This document shows, piece by piece, positions 28,460 to 40,400 of a stretch of 64,000 nucleotides of DNA (its first letter is position 1; every line of letters starts with the position of its first letter). Source of the stretch: an uncultured Clostridia bacterium. GTDB taxonomy: Bacteria > Bacillota > Clostridia > Christensenellales > UBA1242. The notes under the pieces are model-generated. The model worked only from the letters and a program-made list of their open reading frames with translations, was not told where the DNA came from and did no database searches. The stretch is taken from positions 28,843 through 92,842 of the forward strand of contig CALVNP010000036.1 of the NCBI GenBank assembly GCA_944349805.1, written 5' to 3'. The position numbers were made by a program, and so were the translations under genes.

Positions 28460-31400
28460 TTAACTAACAATATCGTAAATATGTGATAATTTTTTAAGAT
28501 AAGGTAATCCCTCATTTATGTTAGCATCTATTTCCCAAATATCTCCACCATCAAAATCCCAGAAGTTGACTGTAAATGTTTTACTGATTGTGCTATGGTT
28601 TTGAACCAACGCTTTATCAATCATTCTTGACCTATAATATCCAACTACATAAACCGTTATATCATTTTCATCTTCATCCTTATCATCATAAGATTCCAAA
28701 ACACGCATTCCTATTGTTTTAATAGTTTCTGCATTAATATTCATTTCAACCGTACCGTTCGTACCGTTTTCAAATTTATATAATGGATTTAAAATTGGTG
28801 CCTTTCCTACATTATAACCATTTTCAAATGAAATGCTAGCCCTATGTGTTTCATTAAACTCTATTGAATAAACTTTTTTATTATTTTCATCAGTTTCTGA
28901 AATTTGTCCAACAAATAGAGTTTGTTGTGTTGTACTATCTCCGTTATCCACATCAAATTTATACTGAATACCAGCTTTAACTTCTGAGAAATTAATATGG
29001 ATTATGTCCTTAAGCGTTACTTGATTTGATGGTAAAGAATTACTTAATCTAAACATTCCTGCATATGTTTCTTTATGATTTATCATATCTGCTTCCTGAT
29101 AAGCATTATCACCTGTTAAACTAATGGTGATTTCATCTGCAAGCCTTATGTGTACGGGATTAGTATAAACTTCGGGCGTTATTTCATCGTAAATAACGAT
29201 ATAAGGATTTTCAATTTTGTAACCAACCACAGTATTAGTTGTTGTTTCAGTAATTTCTTTCAAATCATCCTCATTTTTATAATACAACTTGACAAAATTT
29301 TGATCAACCTTAATCATTGTACCATCGGAACTTGTACCATCTTCGCTTGTTGTTGGCATTTTTATAATTGTATAGTCGTCAACTGAGTAACCTGCATTTT
29401 GTCCATCTAAAACCCAAACAAGTTGTCTGATATCTGACTCTTGAACACCTTCTCCTGAAACTTGATAAGTTTTTTTAGAATAAATATATTGCTCTCCATC
29501 TTCTTCATACAAAGCATAACCATTACTTAAATCATCACTTGTATAAGATATTTCATCTTCTTTTAAAGAATAATAGGCATATTTATCACCTTCATTATGT
29601 GAAAAGTTAGAATAATTAATTTCAGTACTAGAAGAATATTTAGAATAATTTTTTAAATCATCCAATGATTTTTTGTAATTTTCATTCTTTCCATCGTTAT
29701 ATGTTCCAGGTCTATGATTCTCCCCACTAACATTACTTAAAGAATAAGAACTTGTAATTTTTGAACCATAACCAATTGGGGCAATAAATGAATCACAGAA
29801 TTCAGAGTTTTGATTTGATGTATTTAAATCATCAAAGACGATAGGGTATACAGTTGAGCTATTCTCTGGTGAATAAGCCATATTTCGCCCAAACCATCGG
29901 GATTCATCAAAATAACTAGTTATTGATATGCCACCATTATTCTTCAATAAAACTAAATCAACTTTCGTATCTGGCCACAATAAATACGCTCCAACGGCAG
30001 CTATACCTATAACACCCGCAGCCACCCAGCCAGCTACAGGGACTGTTGACACTCCAGCAGCTGTTGCCAGAAGACCTCCCACAGCTGCCGAACCTGACAC
30101 ATACATACCTACACCCGCAGTAGCTACAAATGGAGTGGCTATATAAGAAACAACAGTTAATGGATCTATTGTGCTAGCCTTTTCATAAATTGACCCATCA
30201 TACAATACTCTTAAATATTCATTTTTTACTTCATCATTTTCAATTCGACCATAGGAAGTATAATCATCTCTTTTTAATGTAAAACTTGAAGAATCCTCTT
30301 GTGGTTCAGAGCCATCCCATCTGCTATGTGATCCATAAAGAATATGAATTCTTGGAGACTCTGTTTTAGATTCCACAATATTTTTAGCTTCATTTCTTAT
30401 AGTGTCTGCTATGTCCCCTTCATTTGTTGATAAATTGCCTATATTATAACAAGCATTAATAATTGAATTTGTGGCAATACCAGAAGAATATGCTTGCCTT
30501 AATAACATAAACACAACAACTTCATAAACTGAATATTTTTCTGAATATGTAACAGTTTTGCTTTCTGTATAATCTCTTCTAATCACAAAATAACTTGCCG
30601 TAGGTCTATATGCAGCATTTAAAGAAAGATTTCCATATTCATCACGCTTAATATTACCCTTTTCATCTCTCTCTTCCAAACTATAAGAGGAAAGTTTTGG
30701 GACACGAGCATTTGCAGAAATATCTCCCTTGTTGTAACAATTATTTATTATTATGTTTCTAACAACATTACCTATTGCATTTCCAGTTGACGAAAAGTCA
30801 AACCAAATTCCACCTGTTCCTAAAATTCCACCTGCATATGCATACAATGGGAGATTTTCATCGTTTGATTGATTTTCTTCTTGCCCAGCAACAATTTTAC
30901 CTGTGTTGTAACATTCTTCAATTGTAACAAAAAGCGATGTTGTTGTGGCTCCTCCTTCCGTTGCATTTGTTCCACTTTCTCCTAACAAATAGCCTAAAAT
31001 ACCACCTGCAGTTGTTAGTGTTTGTGTACCAGAACCATTGCTTAAAATTGAAGTGTTGTTATTTGAACATTGTGAAATTAATACATTACCAGCTTCCACT
31101 GCGCCCATAATTCCACCAGCATTGTTGTAAGCTGTTATACTTCCACCGATGATATGACAATTAATAATGTCTATATTCCTACCAGCCCCAACAATTCCAC
31201 CTGCTGATGTTTTTGTGTTATCTACTTTACTTGCAGTTATTGTTGGATTATATAAAATTATATTTTGAATTTTCTTATTTGTTATATTTTCCACATTCAT
31301 TCCTGCATTTCCAAAAAGTCCAGCATTCCCACCTTTTTCATTTACAGTCAAATTAGAAACAGTCAAATTAGAAATTGTTTTATTATTACCATTAAAGTTA

Positions 31401-34400
31401 CCTGTAAATGGAGCGCTTGATGAACCTATTGGTGTAAACTCATTAATTCCAGCACTTGTTAAATTAATATCATAAATTATCTCATAATCAGAATTAAAAG
31501 TATATCCATTTTCTGAACCATTTGCAGAAGCAAGTTGAGATAATTGAGATAACTTCCTAGCACTTGGAATTTGGAATGGATTGTCCTTCGTTCCATCACC
31601 TGTGTTTATGAGCATATAAGCACTTGTTCCATTATAAGCCGAACCACCAAAGAACTTGTAACCAAAGTTTATTGTTGGATCCTGTGCGTATTTGTTTTCT
31701 GCAGAAGTGGTGTTAAACACAGACATTTCTTCATTTGATGTGCCGTTTTCAGAAGTCAATTCAGTTGCATACTTATCATATTCATTGCTATCATTAGCTC
31801 CAACCCCAAACACACCAGGAGTCCCGTAGTTAGATGTTTTAGCTTTCGCAATTGTATAACTATTAGCCACACTACCACTTTCATCATAACTGAAAGCAAA
31901 TATGTTGTGTGTTCCATCGCTTGAAGTCAAGTTAGATTGAACAAATCCTGTACTATAACAAGAGTCTATAACACCATAATTTTTGCCTACAAATCCACCA
32001 AGGTAAGCATTTTCAACCCTAGATGTATCAGTTACAATATCAACCATAGAGAATGAATCTGCAATGAATCCATTATTAACTCCAACAAATCCACCAATTG
32101 TCAATGTTGTAGTTTCAGCTGTTATTCCATTTATGCTTATTCCACCTTCGATACCCTTTGTAACTTCAATTTTGGGATCGTCTGGAATAGTTCCAGAATT
32201 TACTGTATTACAAGCAAAAATTATTCCTTCGTTTGTTCCAACAATACCACCATAAATAGCTTCAGATGAAACTAAATTTCTTGTATCTTGATAAGCCCTT
32301 ATATCCACAAAAACTTTTAAGCCTGAAATGAAACTGTTTTCATCAAGGGTCTTTACAAATTGATTTGTTGTATAAGTGCTACCAAAAACACTAGGTGTGA
32401 CATTTATAGTTGAACCATTTCCAATAAATCCAACATTTTTAAATTCTTGGTTGACAATATTTGTCACATTAACATTTTCTTGAGTTGTTAGTGTGAAATA
32501 TTTTCTCTCTGATACCAAAGAACTAAATGGATTTGCACCACTTTGTCCTATATAATCATTAAGAGTATTGTCGTTTATAGAAACCTGCCAATTTCCACTA
32601 TTATGTTGTGCAACTGTTACAGAACCAGCTTTGATGTAATCTCCATTTATCTCAAAAGGATTTAACTTGCTTCCATAGTGAGCAGAAGAAATAAGGTTAC
32701 TTTGATCGGTAGCTTTAAATGCATTCAAAATTCCTGTATAGGTCATATTTGTAGGCCCAGATGTTGATGTATCAAGCATTAAAGTAAGTTGACTACAATA
32801 ATAGTTGTTTTGTAATGTTGAACTATTATTATTTCCAGCAACAACTCCAACATTTGTCTTTACAAATGGATAAATAAAAGATGCTAGAATATAGTTTGTT
32901 TTTATTTGACTTCCATTTGCCCCAATTCCAACAATTCCACCTAAATAGCCACTATCTCCTATACTACTTTTTAGTTGAAGGTCCGTGTAAATTATATTCT
33001 TTTCTATAATCGTCTTAGATATTGATGAAGTATTCTTTGAGCTACCATTTATAGAGCCCACCATTCCACCTATTATGCTATTTTTTGAATTATCTAATTT
33101 TAATGAACCACCACACACAGAATTTGAAATGTTTAATGTATGGTCTGTATTTACAAAACCAACAAATCCACCAAAGTAAATATCGCTTGAATTTGAATTT
33201 GATATATCAAAAACACATTCGCTAAGTGATGATGTAATTTCAGAACTTTCATCTTCATTTGAATTTTCTTCTATATATGCAACAATTCCACCAATGAACT
33301 TTGTCCCAGATGATTCTAAAGTATAATTAATGGTTTGCCCAACTTTTATTTTATTTACAATCGCTTTATTCACTACATAACCAAATGCACCTGAAACATA
33401 AGAAGAATCAGTTTTGGAAGATAATTCGGAATTACCTGCTATTTGGATATTTTTAACATTTAAAGAATTTGCATATCCAATTGCACCACCATAGTACAAA
33501 TCGGCATTTGTTAAAAGATTAATATTATTTTGTACTTTCAAATTAAATTCAGCATTTTCTTCAGCATTTGGAGATTTTATAGTATTGATATTAATGCCTT
33601 TGGTTGAGCCAGACACCTTACCAAAAATTCCACCCACATAAGCAGAGTTAACTTGCACTTTTGTGTTAGAACTATCCTTATTCAACAAACTATCATTAAT
33701 AACAAGAGTTGTTGCATTTTCATATTTTTGATTTACTGTCACATTTGCATAACCATTAACTTTTCCAATCAAAGAACCGTAATACAAGTTAATTGAACTC
33801 GTTTTATTGTCAAATTGTGTTGTCAGATTGTTAACTGTATTCTTTTCATTATTATATAAATCCAAATCTATTGAAGCTGAATAGCCAGAGATATAACCTA
33901 CATACATATTAGTTTTAGCATCAGTTGTAGTCGTAGTAGCTTTTGTTATACTAATATTTATGGAGCAATCATAAAATTCCACACCATCAATTATTGTTTC
34001 TATATTTGTATCATTTATATTAATTTTCCCAGATACAAAACCAACATAATTATTTGTTTGTTCCCCATCGCTATTAAAATCTATATAGCAATTGTTAAAT
34101 GAAATATTTGCGAAAGAGCATCTGCTTGCAGATGATGTTAAAAGTCCAACAGAATCATATGTACTAGGATTAATTGAACAATCTTTAAATATAATGTTGT
34201 TAAATGTTGTTCCGGTTGCGTCTTCAACTAAAATTGCATTAACATCTCCATTTCTGACTCCAAAAGATGTTTCCCCAACATTTTGTATTACAAAATTGCT
34301 AAATTGAGAACCTGTTAAAGTTGATGTAAACAATGGTGCAGTTATTGTGTTTTCAGAATTTGTCACACTAAAGTCTAAACCATAATTACCAGAATCATCT

Positions 34401-37400
34401 TTACCTCTTAATAATCCTGAGAATCCATTAACAGTGAAGCCTTTCATTGTTGTTGCTAAATAATCACCAACAGGAACTATTCCACTATTATCATTTCCTA
34501 TAATTACAAAAGTTTTGTTTTTGTACTGATTTAAAAGTTCAAGGTCAGATGCTTCTCTAATGTAAATTACAGAAGGGGCAACTTTAAACACAAGATGTGG
34601 GAAGAAATGTGGTTGATTTTCACCTGTTGAAGTTTCCCAATACTGTTCGTCCCAACCAACATTTCTAAATATCTTATTCATTTCATTTACAAATTCAACA
34701 TTGTTAGATAATCTTAAATCCTCTATAATTTGTACATTTTCCGATATTATATAGTTATTATCATTAATGTAATTACTTTTATTTAAATAATAAGCATTGT
34801 TTGAAGTAGAAATTTTTTCAATCGAGTGTACATCAAAATTTACTGTATTGACAGAAATTTCATCAACAATATAGCTTGCATCTGGTGTATAAGGTGTATA
34901 ATATATGTCATAAACATTATTCAAAATATTTTTACCGTTTACAACAGAATACTGTCCACTTTCCGTTCCTTGACTGCTAGGCACAGAGAGATAATTAATA
35001 GCATTAATTTTAGTTAATGTAATTCTTCTCCATACACCATTTTTAATATAGCCAAAAATTCCACCTGCGCCGACATTTGCAAGTAAATCCCCTGTTGCAT
35101 AAATTTCAGTAAAGGTTAAAGGCATTGTTTGAGTAAGCCCATAATCTTTAAGCGCACCAAAACTGCTGTTATCTCGTCCACTTATTCCACCAATAATACC
35201 ACCAGCATATTTTGCACTTGAAGATCTTACATTAATTTTAGAATAGCTTTTTTCTAATTTTCCTGTAACGAACTCACCTACAATACCACCAATATACTCT
35301 TGCTTGTAATTGGTTGAATCTTCATATTCAAATAAATTTAAATTTCCTCTATTTACTGATGCACTAGAATTGTTATAGTATGTTGAATATCCATTTTCAA
35401 TTTCAGTTTGATCTTCAGGCGAATGCTCAGCTCTTACCATAAACAGGTAACCATAATTTTCACCAACTATTCCACCTGCAGAAAATTTATATGCAACAAG
35501 TTTTTGTGAATAGTCATTTTGTGTTGAAGAACTTAATTCAAATAATGCGTCTTTAAGCATAGTTTGTGGCCCTAAGAAACCAACAATACCACCAACGGTT
35601 GCTCCGTAAACCTGCATATTTCCTAAGCTTTTTATATTATAAACATTAGGTGTTGACAAATTTAAGTCAAAATTATATGCGTTTATATCTACATATATAT
35701 CAATGACTCCTGCTACACCACCAGCATAAGAAATATTACTGCTATTCAAACGATTATAGAACTGTTGTGTTATGCTAGCATCTGTTTGATTACCTGCAAC
35801 AACCATTAGATTTTCAACAGATACATTACTTACATAGCTTTGTCCAACAATTCTTCCAGCCAATCCACCAACGACATTATATCCGTATATAACAGCATTA
35901 TCATTTTCAGAAGAAGATTTAACTGACACATTTATGATTTTTGAATCTTGTATAGTTCCAGCCAAAGCTCCAACATAATTTACTCTTGTTGCTGATACAC
36001 TATTAATTTGTAAGTTCAAGTTCATTACAACAGCACCATTTTCAATTTGTTTAAATAGCCCATAGCTTGTGTTTGTACCACCAAGTGTGGAAACCAACTC
36101 AATTCCTGATATTGTAAAGCTATTTCCGTCAATAAAACCTAACCCGTTTATTTCTCCCTGATTGTTATAAGTTGGAGTTAAGGACATTTCTGTAGATTTT
36201 ATTGTCAAACCCGATTCGTCAGATAATAAAGTTGAAAGGTCAATATTGTCAACAATTCTATAATTACCAAAAACTTTGTTTTCAACTAAATTATAATAGA
36301 AGGCAACGCTTGTACTTACATTTGATGTATCACCACCAAAAACTTGATTGAATTCTGTTTCGTTTCTGATGATAATAGGGTTTTTAGAACTACCATACCT
36401 ATAACCATCGTCGTATACGAAGCTATAATCAACAATTTCACCTGAAGAGTTAACTTCTTCAACTCTAAGTGTCCTTGATGAAATTGCAATATTGTTTGCT
36501 CCAACAAGTTCAGGTCCTCTTGAAGTCATATACCAAACACCATCAATTGCTATATTTTCCACCGAACTTGTAGTAAAGGCAAAACCATAAAAATTATCTT
36601 TAATATCTGGTTCGTAAACTCTATTCACAGAAGTATTGTAAAGAGACTCTAAATCAGAAGAATTATATTCATCTTCTAAAGAAGAATTTGAATTGTAATA
36701 GTAACAATTTTCAACCAGACCATAATTTTGAAGTTCAAGGTTGATGTCAACACCCAAGAAATTCATTTGAGTACTGCTTGAATTTTCAATTTTAGAAGCA
36801 GAATAGCTTCTTCTCACAATACCATCAGTTGTATTGATATAAACGAAACCAGCACTAAGCCTTCCACTTTGATTGTCAGATATAGTGGTCAGCATAATAT
36901 TAGAGTAAGAATCTTCAATTGTTCCATTGTTTTGATATATGAATCCTGCACCAACACTTGCTGTTTCAATACCTCCACCCGTTGTGTGTATTTCATAACT
37001 ATTATTATAAGCACCTTTAACATAAGATAATCTTATTTCACCTGTGTTTTGTATTGCGAAACCAGCAGTTGAAGTACTTGCCCCATTTATTGTTGCATTG
37101 TAAATTTTTCCGTTATTAAAGAAGCTTGATGCGATTGTTCCAGAATTTGAATAAACAAATCCAGCGATATCACCTTGAGCATAAATGTTAAATATAGGAA
37201 GGTTAATCTCAGGTTTATTTACGACTTCTAAGGAAGTACCACCAACTCTGCTGTTTGTTATATTACCGTTGTTTTCTATAACAAACCCTGCAACACAACT
37301 AGTTATGCTTTCAACATTAATGTTTTGTCCATAATTAACATATATTCCAGGAACAGCTGGATTAGGTCTGTCCGAATCATCGTAACTATATGCAACAACT

Positions 37401-40400
37401 TCACAGTTTGTAATAATACCATTGTTGCTAATAGCCAAGCCTGCCACATTGACACTAGAAACAATTGACATATCAATATTGATATTTCCACCATAGTAAA
37501 CATTTACCCTAAGATTTTTTAATGTGGTTATATCACTCACATTGTTAAACAACGCAATATTAATTGAAGATTGATCTGATGGAATGTTATAAGACAATAT
37601 GTGTATTGTTTTATTGTTTCCATCTAAACTCTTTATATTTGTTGTATCAAATGGAGAATAATTTAAAAGATATATATCTTCTGTTAAGATGTAATCTAAT
37701 GGAGTTGAAGTTTCGCTGTTTGTATTTTGAAGAGCTATAAACTTTTCAGCGCTATCAATGATTACAGGTTTATCTTCATTTGTCTCTAACACAACATTAA
37801 TTGTGAAATAATAATTAATATAGGTCTTAATAGGCTCATTTGTTCCATTTGGTATTTGAATTGGAATTCTTAAAAGCATATTTAAACTACCCGTTGAAGC
37901 TTGAAGTCCACGGACATATAAATTTGAGCCATCATAACTAAACCTGCATAAATTATTTGAAGCTATTTCTCCTGTGACTCTATTAAACACTTTACTTAAT
38001 TCTACTTTATCTTCGCTAAATCTGTCAGCATAGTATAAATTGTCTATAAAGTTAGCAACAATTACACTATTTGTAGAATCAAAATCAAAATCATATGGCA
38101 AATTGTCATAAAAACCATTAACTATGTAGCTTTGTCTTTGGTCATAAGAAGTATCAGGATTAGAATTAAAGAAATTATTTGCATAAAATTTGCTTAAGCT
38201 ATCATTTCCCAAGAAGAAATCAATGTCAAAATCAAATTCAAGTTTTTGTTCTGCTCCAACATAAACAGTCAAAACATCTTTATTGTAAGCATCAGTTTTT
38301 ATTTGTGTGTTTTCACCATTTATAACAAAATCTCCAACAGCAACATAAACCACATCTTCTGCCGTTTCAATTGCATTGTTGATTAATCTTGAAGTTTGAG
38401 CCGTAATTGTGAAATAGTTTCTCCCACCCTCAATCAACACATCTGTTCCAACATAAACTCTAGTGGTATAAGTTTTTAATCCACTTGTTGAATCTATAGT
38501 ATATGTTAAAGGGTCATAAGAAACATCTCCACTTTCAATGTCAGAAATTCTTAAGCTATCAATTGTTTGATCAGCATTTACAACAATCTGAACATCACCA
38601 AAACCACCTTTTGCAATGAGTGTCTGCTTTTCTCCATTAATTGTTATGTTTGGTTTTGTAACAGTTTGTACTGAAATTTGGAATACATTGGAAGAAGAAA
38701 GTAAATTTCCATCTTTATCATAAGCACTGATAACAAGTTGATAAATTGTATCCACATCAATATTATTAGGAGCAAAAGTTCTAAGATAAACCACACCAAT
38801 ACTGTTGTCATTTTGACCAGCATTGTTAAATATCTTAATTCCATTCACTAAGGACTCGTAACCTGTTGTTTTCCTAATAAATTTATTTGAGCCATCTAAT
38901 TTTTCCATCATACCAAGTCTAAGCTGATAAGACGAGCCTGAAACTGTACTTGTTGTTACAGTTATGTAGTCATAATACGAATAAGATGGATATAAATCAA
39001 TTTCTAGCAACCCTTCATTTCCAGGAGCTAAAATAGCTTTAGGAATTTCATCATAGGAGTATGTAAGTTTTTCTACATCTCCAACATTTTCCCATAAAGC
39101 CTTGTCTAATGGACTATGAATTGAATTAATGTATGATAATTTTTGTGTTTGCACATAAAGGTCAAAATCTGTTGAAACATTTGTACTTTGTGCAAAGAAC
39201 TCTAATTCATATTTTACATTATCAAAATTTAAAGCTTTAATTGCGTTATTGTCAACAATTCCAAAGCTCACTTCGTATACTTGTTTAAAATACTTAGCTG
39301 AATCATCAGTATCAGCCTTTGTTGTCATAGTTTTATCTGTGTAACCAGTAACAACAGGATTTTTAATTTTTATTTCAATAATACCATTTGTAAATATTCT
39401 GTAATCACTGTCTTCAAAGATTTTTATATAATTAATGCCTTCTAGTTGTAAAGCATCATTAATAACTTCATCATTTTCATCAACTGTTTGAGTTATACCT
39501 GCATATTTTGTAAACTCTTCCCCAATTTCATCATTGTTAATTATTTTAACAACTAAATCATCAGCTGTGTTTTGGTCTGCATAAACAGTAACTTCAACTG
39601 TTTGAGCAAAGGAATCTATTGGTTCGATTGAAAGTTCCTTGCTTTCAGTAATAACCGAATCAGCGCCATTGTATAAATTAACCTTAAAAGTTTTTACATA
39701 TCGCCCTTTTATCATTTCATTAAATGTTGTTTCATTTGTTGTTTCATTTGTTGTTTCATTTAAGTCTTTAATTTGTAAATACAATGATACATCAATAATT
39801 TGGGCTTTGGTCTCTTCCGAAGTTTGAATAATATGTGTACCAATATTTTCTCCACTAATAGTCAAACCATCATCAGCCAAACCATCATCAGCCAAACCAT
39901 CAACAGGTTTGTTTTTAACGATATTTTCAACGATAAATTCATTTTGAACAAGATTTAATTTTCTGTTAACGGCAATTTTTGAAGTGGAAATCGAAGAAGA
40001 AATATTTTCAGATTGTCCCTTTTTAATTGAAATTTCAGAGCCATTTGTCAATTCTGCGTCCCGATAATTCAATTTGAAATCTGAAATTTTATAAACTATA
40101 ACAGCATTGTATGTTTTCTTTAAACTATAGTCATATTTAGAGAAGATAGTAAAATCAAAACTTGTATAGCATATATCTTGAATTGTTATATAGTTAGGTC
40201 CATTGAATATTGGTGGTGTTTCCCCTTCTCCAAATGTAATTCTAAGAGAAGAAACATTTTGTACCCCAAACAGATCTTGGAAGCTAATTGTATTCCAGCT
40301 TTGAATAACTGCATTTTCCATATCTGTTAAAGAACTTTCACTTGCCTTATAATAATAGAAAATTACCTTATTATCTTTTCCCACTAATGTCAAATCTGTA

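Noticed and set aside
29928-30146. Plus-strand ORFs inside the giant genes: 19674-19859, 21675-21881, 22656-23012, 25020-25352, 26198-26383, 29150-29386, 29928-30146, 32064-32255, 34092-34307, 34826-35017, 39639-39827, 40628-40942 and 41682-41888. Also the short same-strand ORFs 36316-36507, 37303-37503, 38644-38844 and 43360-43584.
   Set aside because: All lie wholly within the 9.6-kb and 15.9-kb ORFs. They have no SD and give low-complexity translations. The longer ones coincide with Gly/Ala-rich (GC-richer) cassettes where the antisense frame happens to lack stops. They are shadow ORFs.
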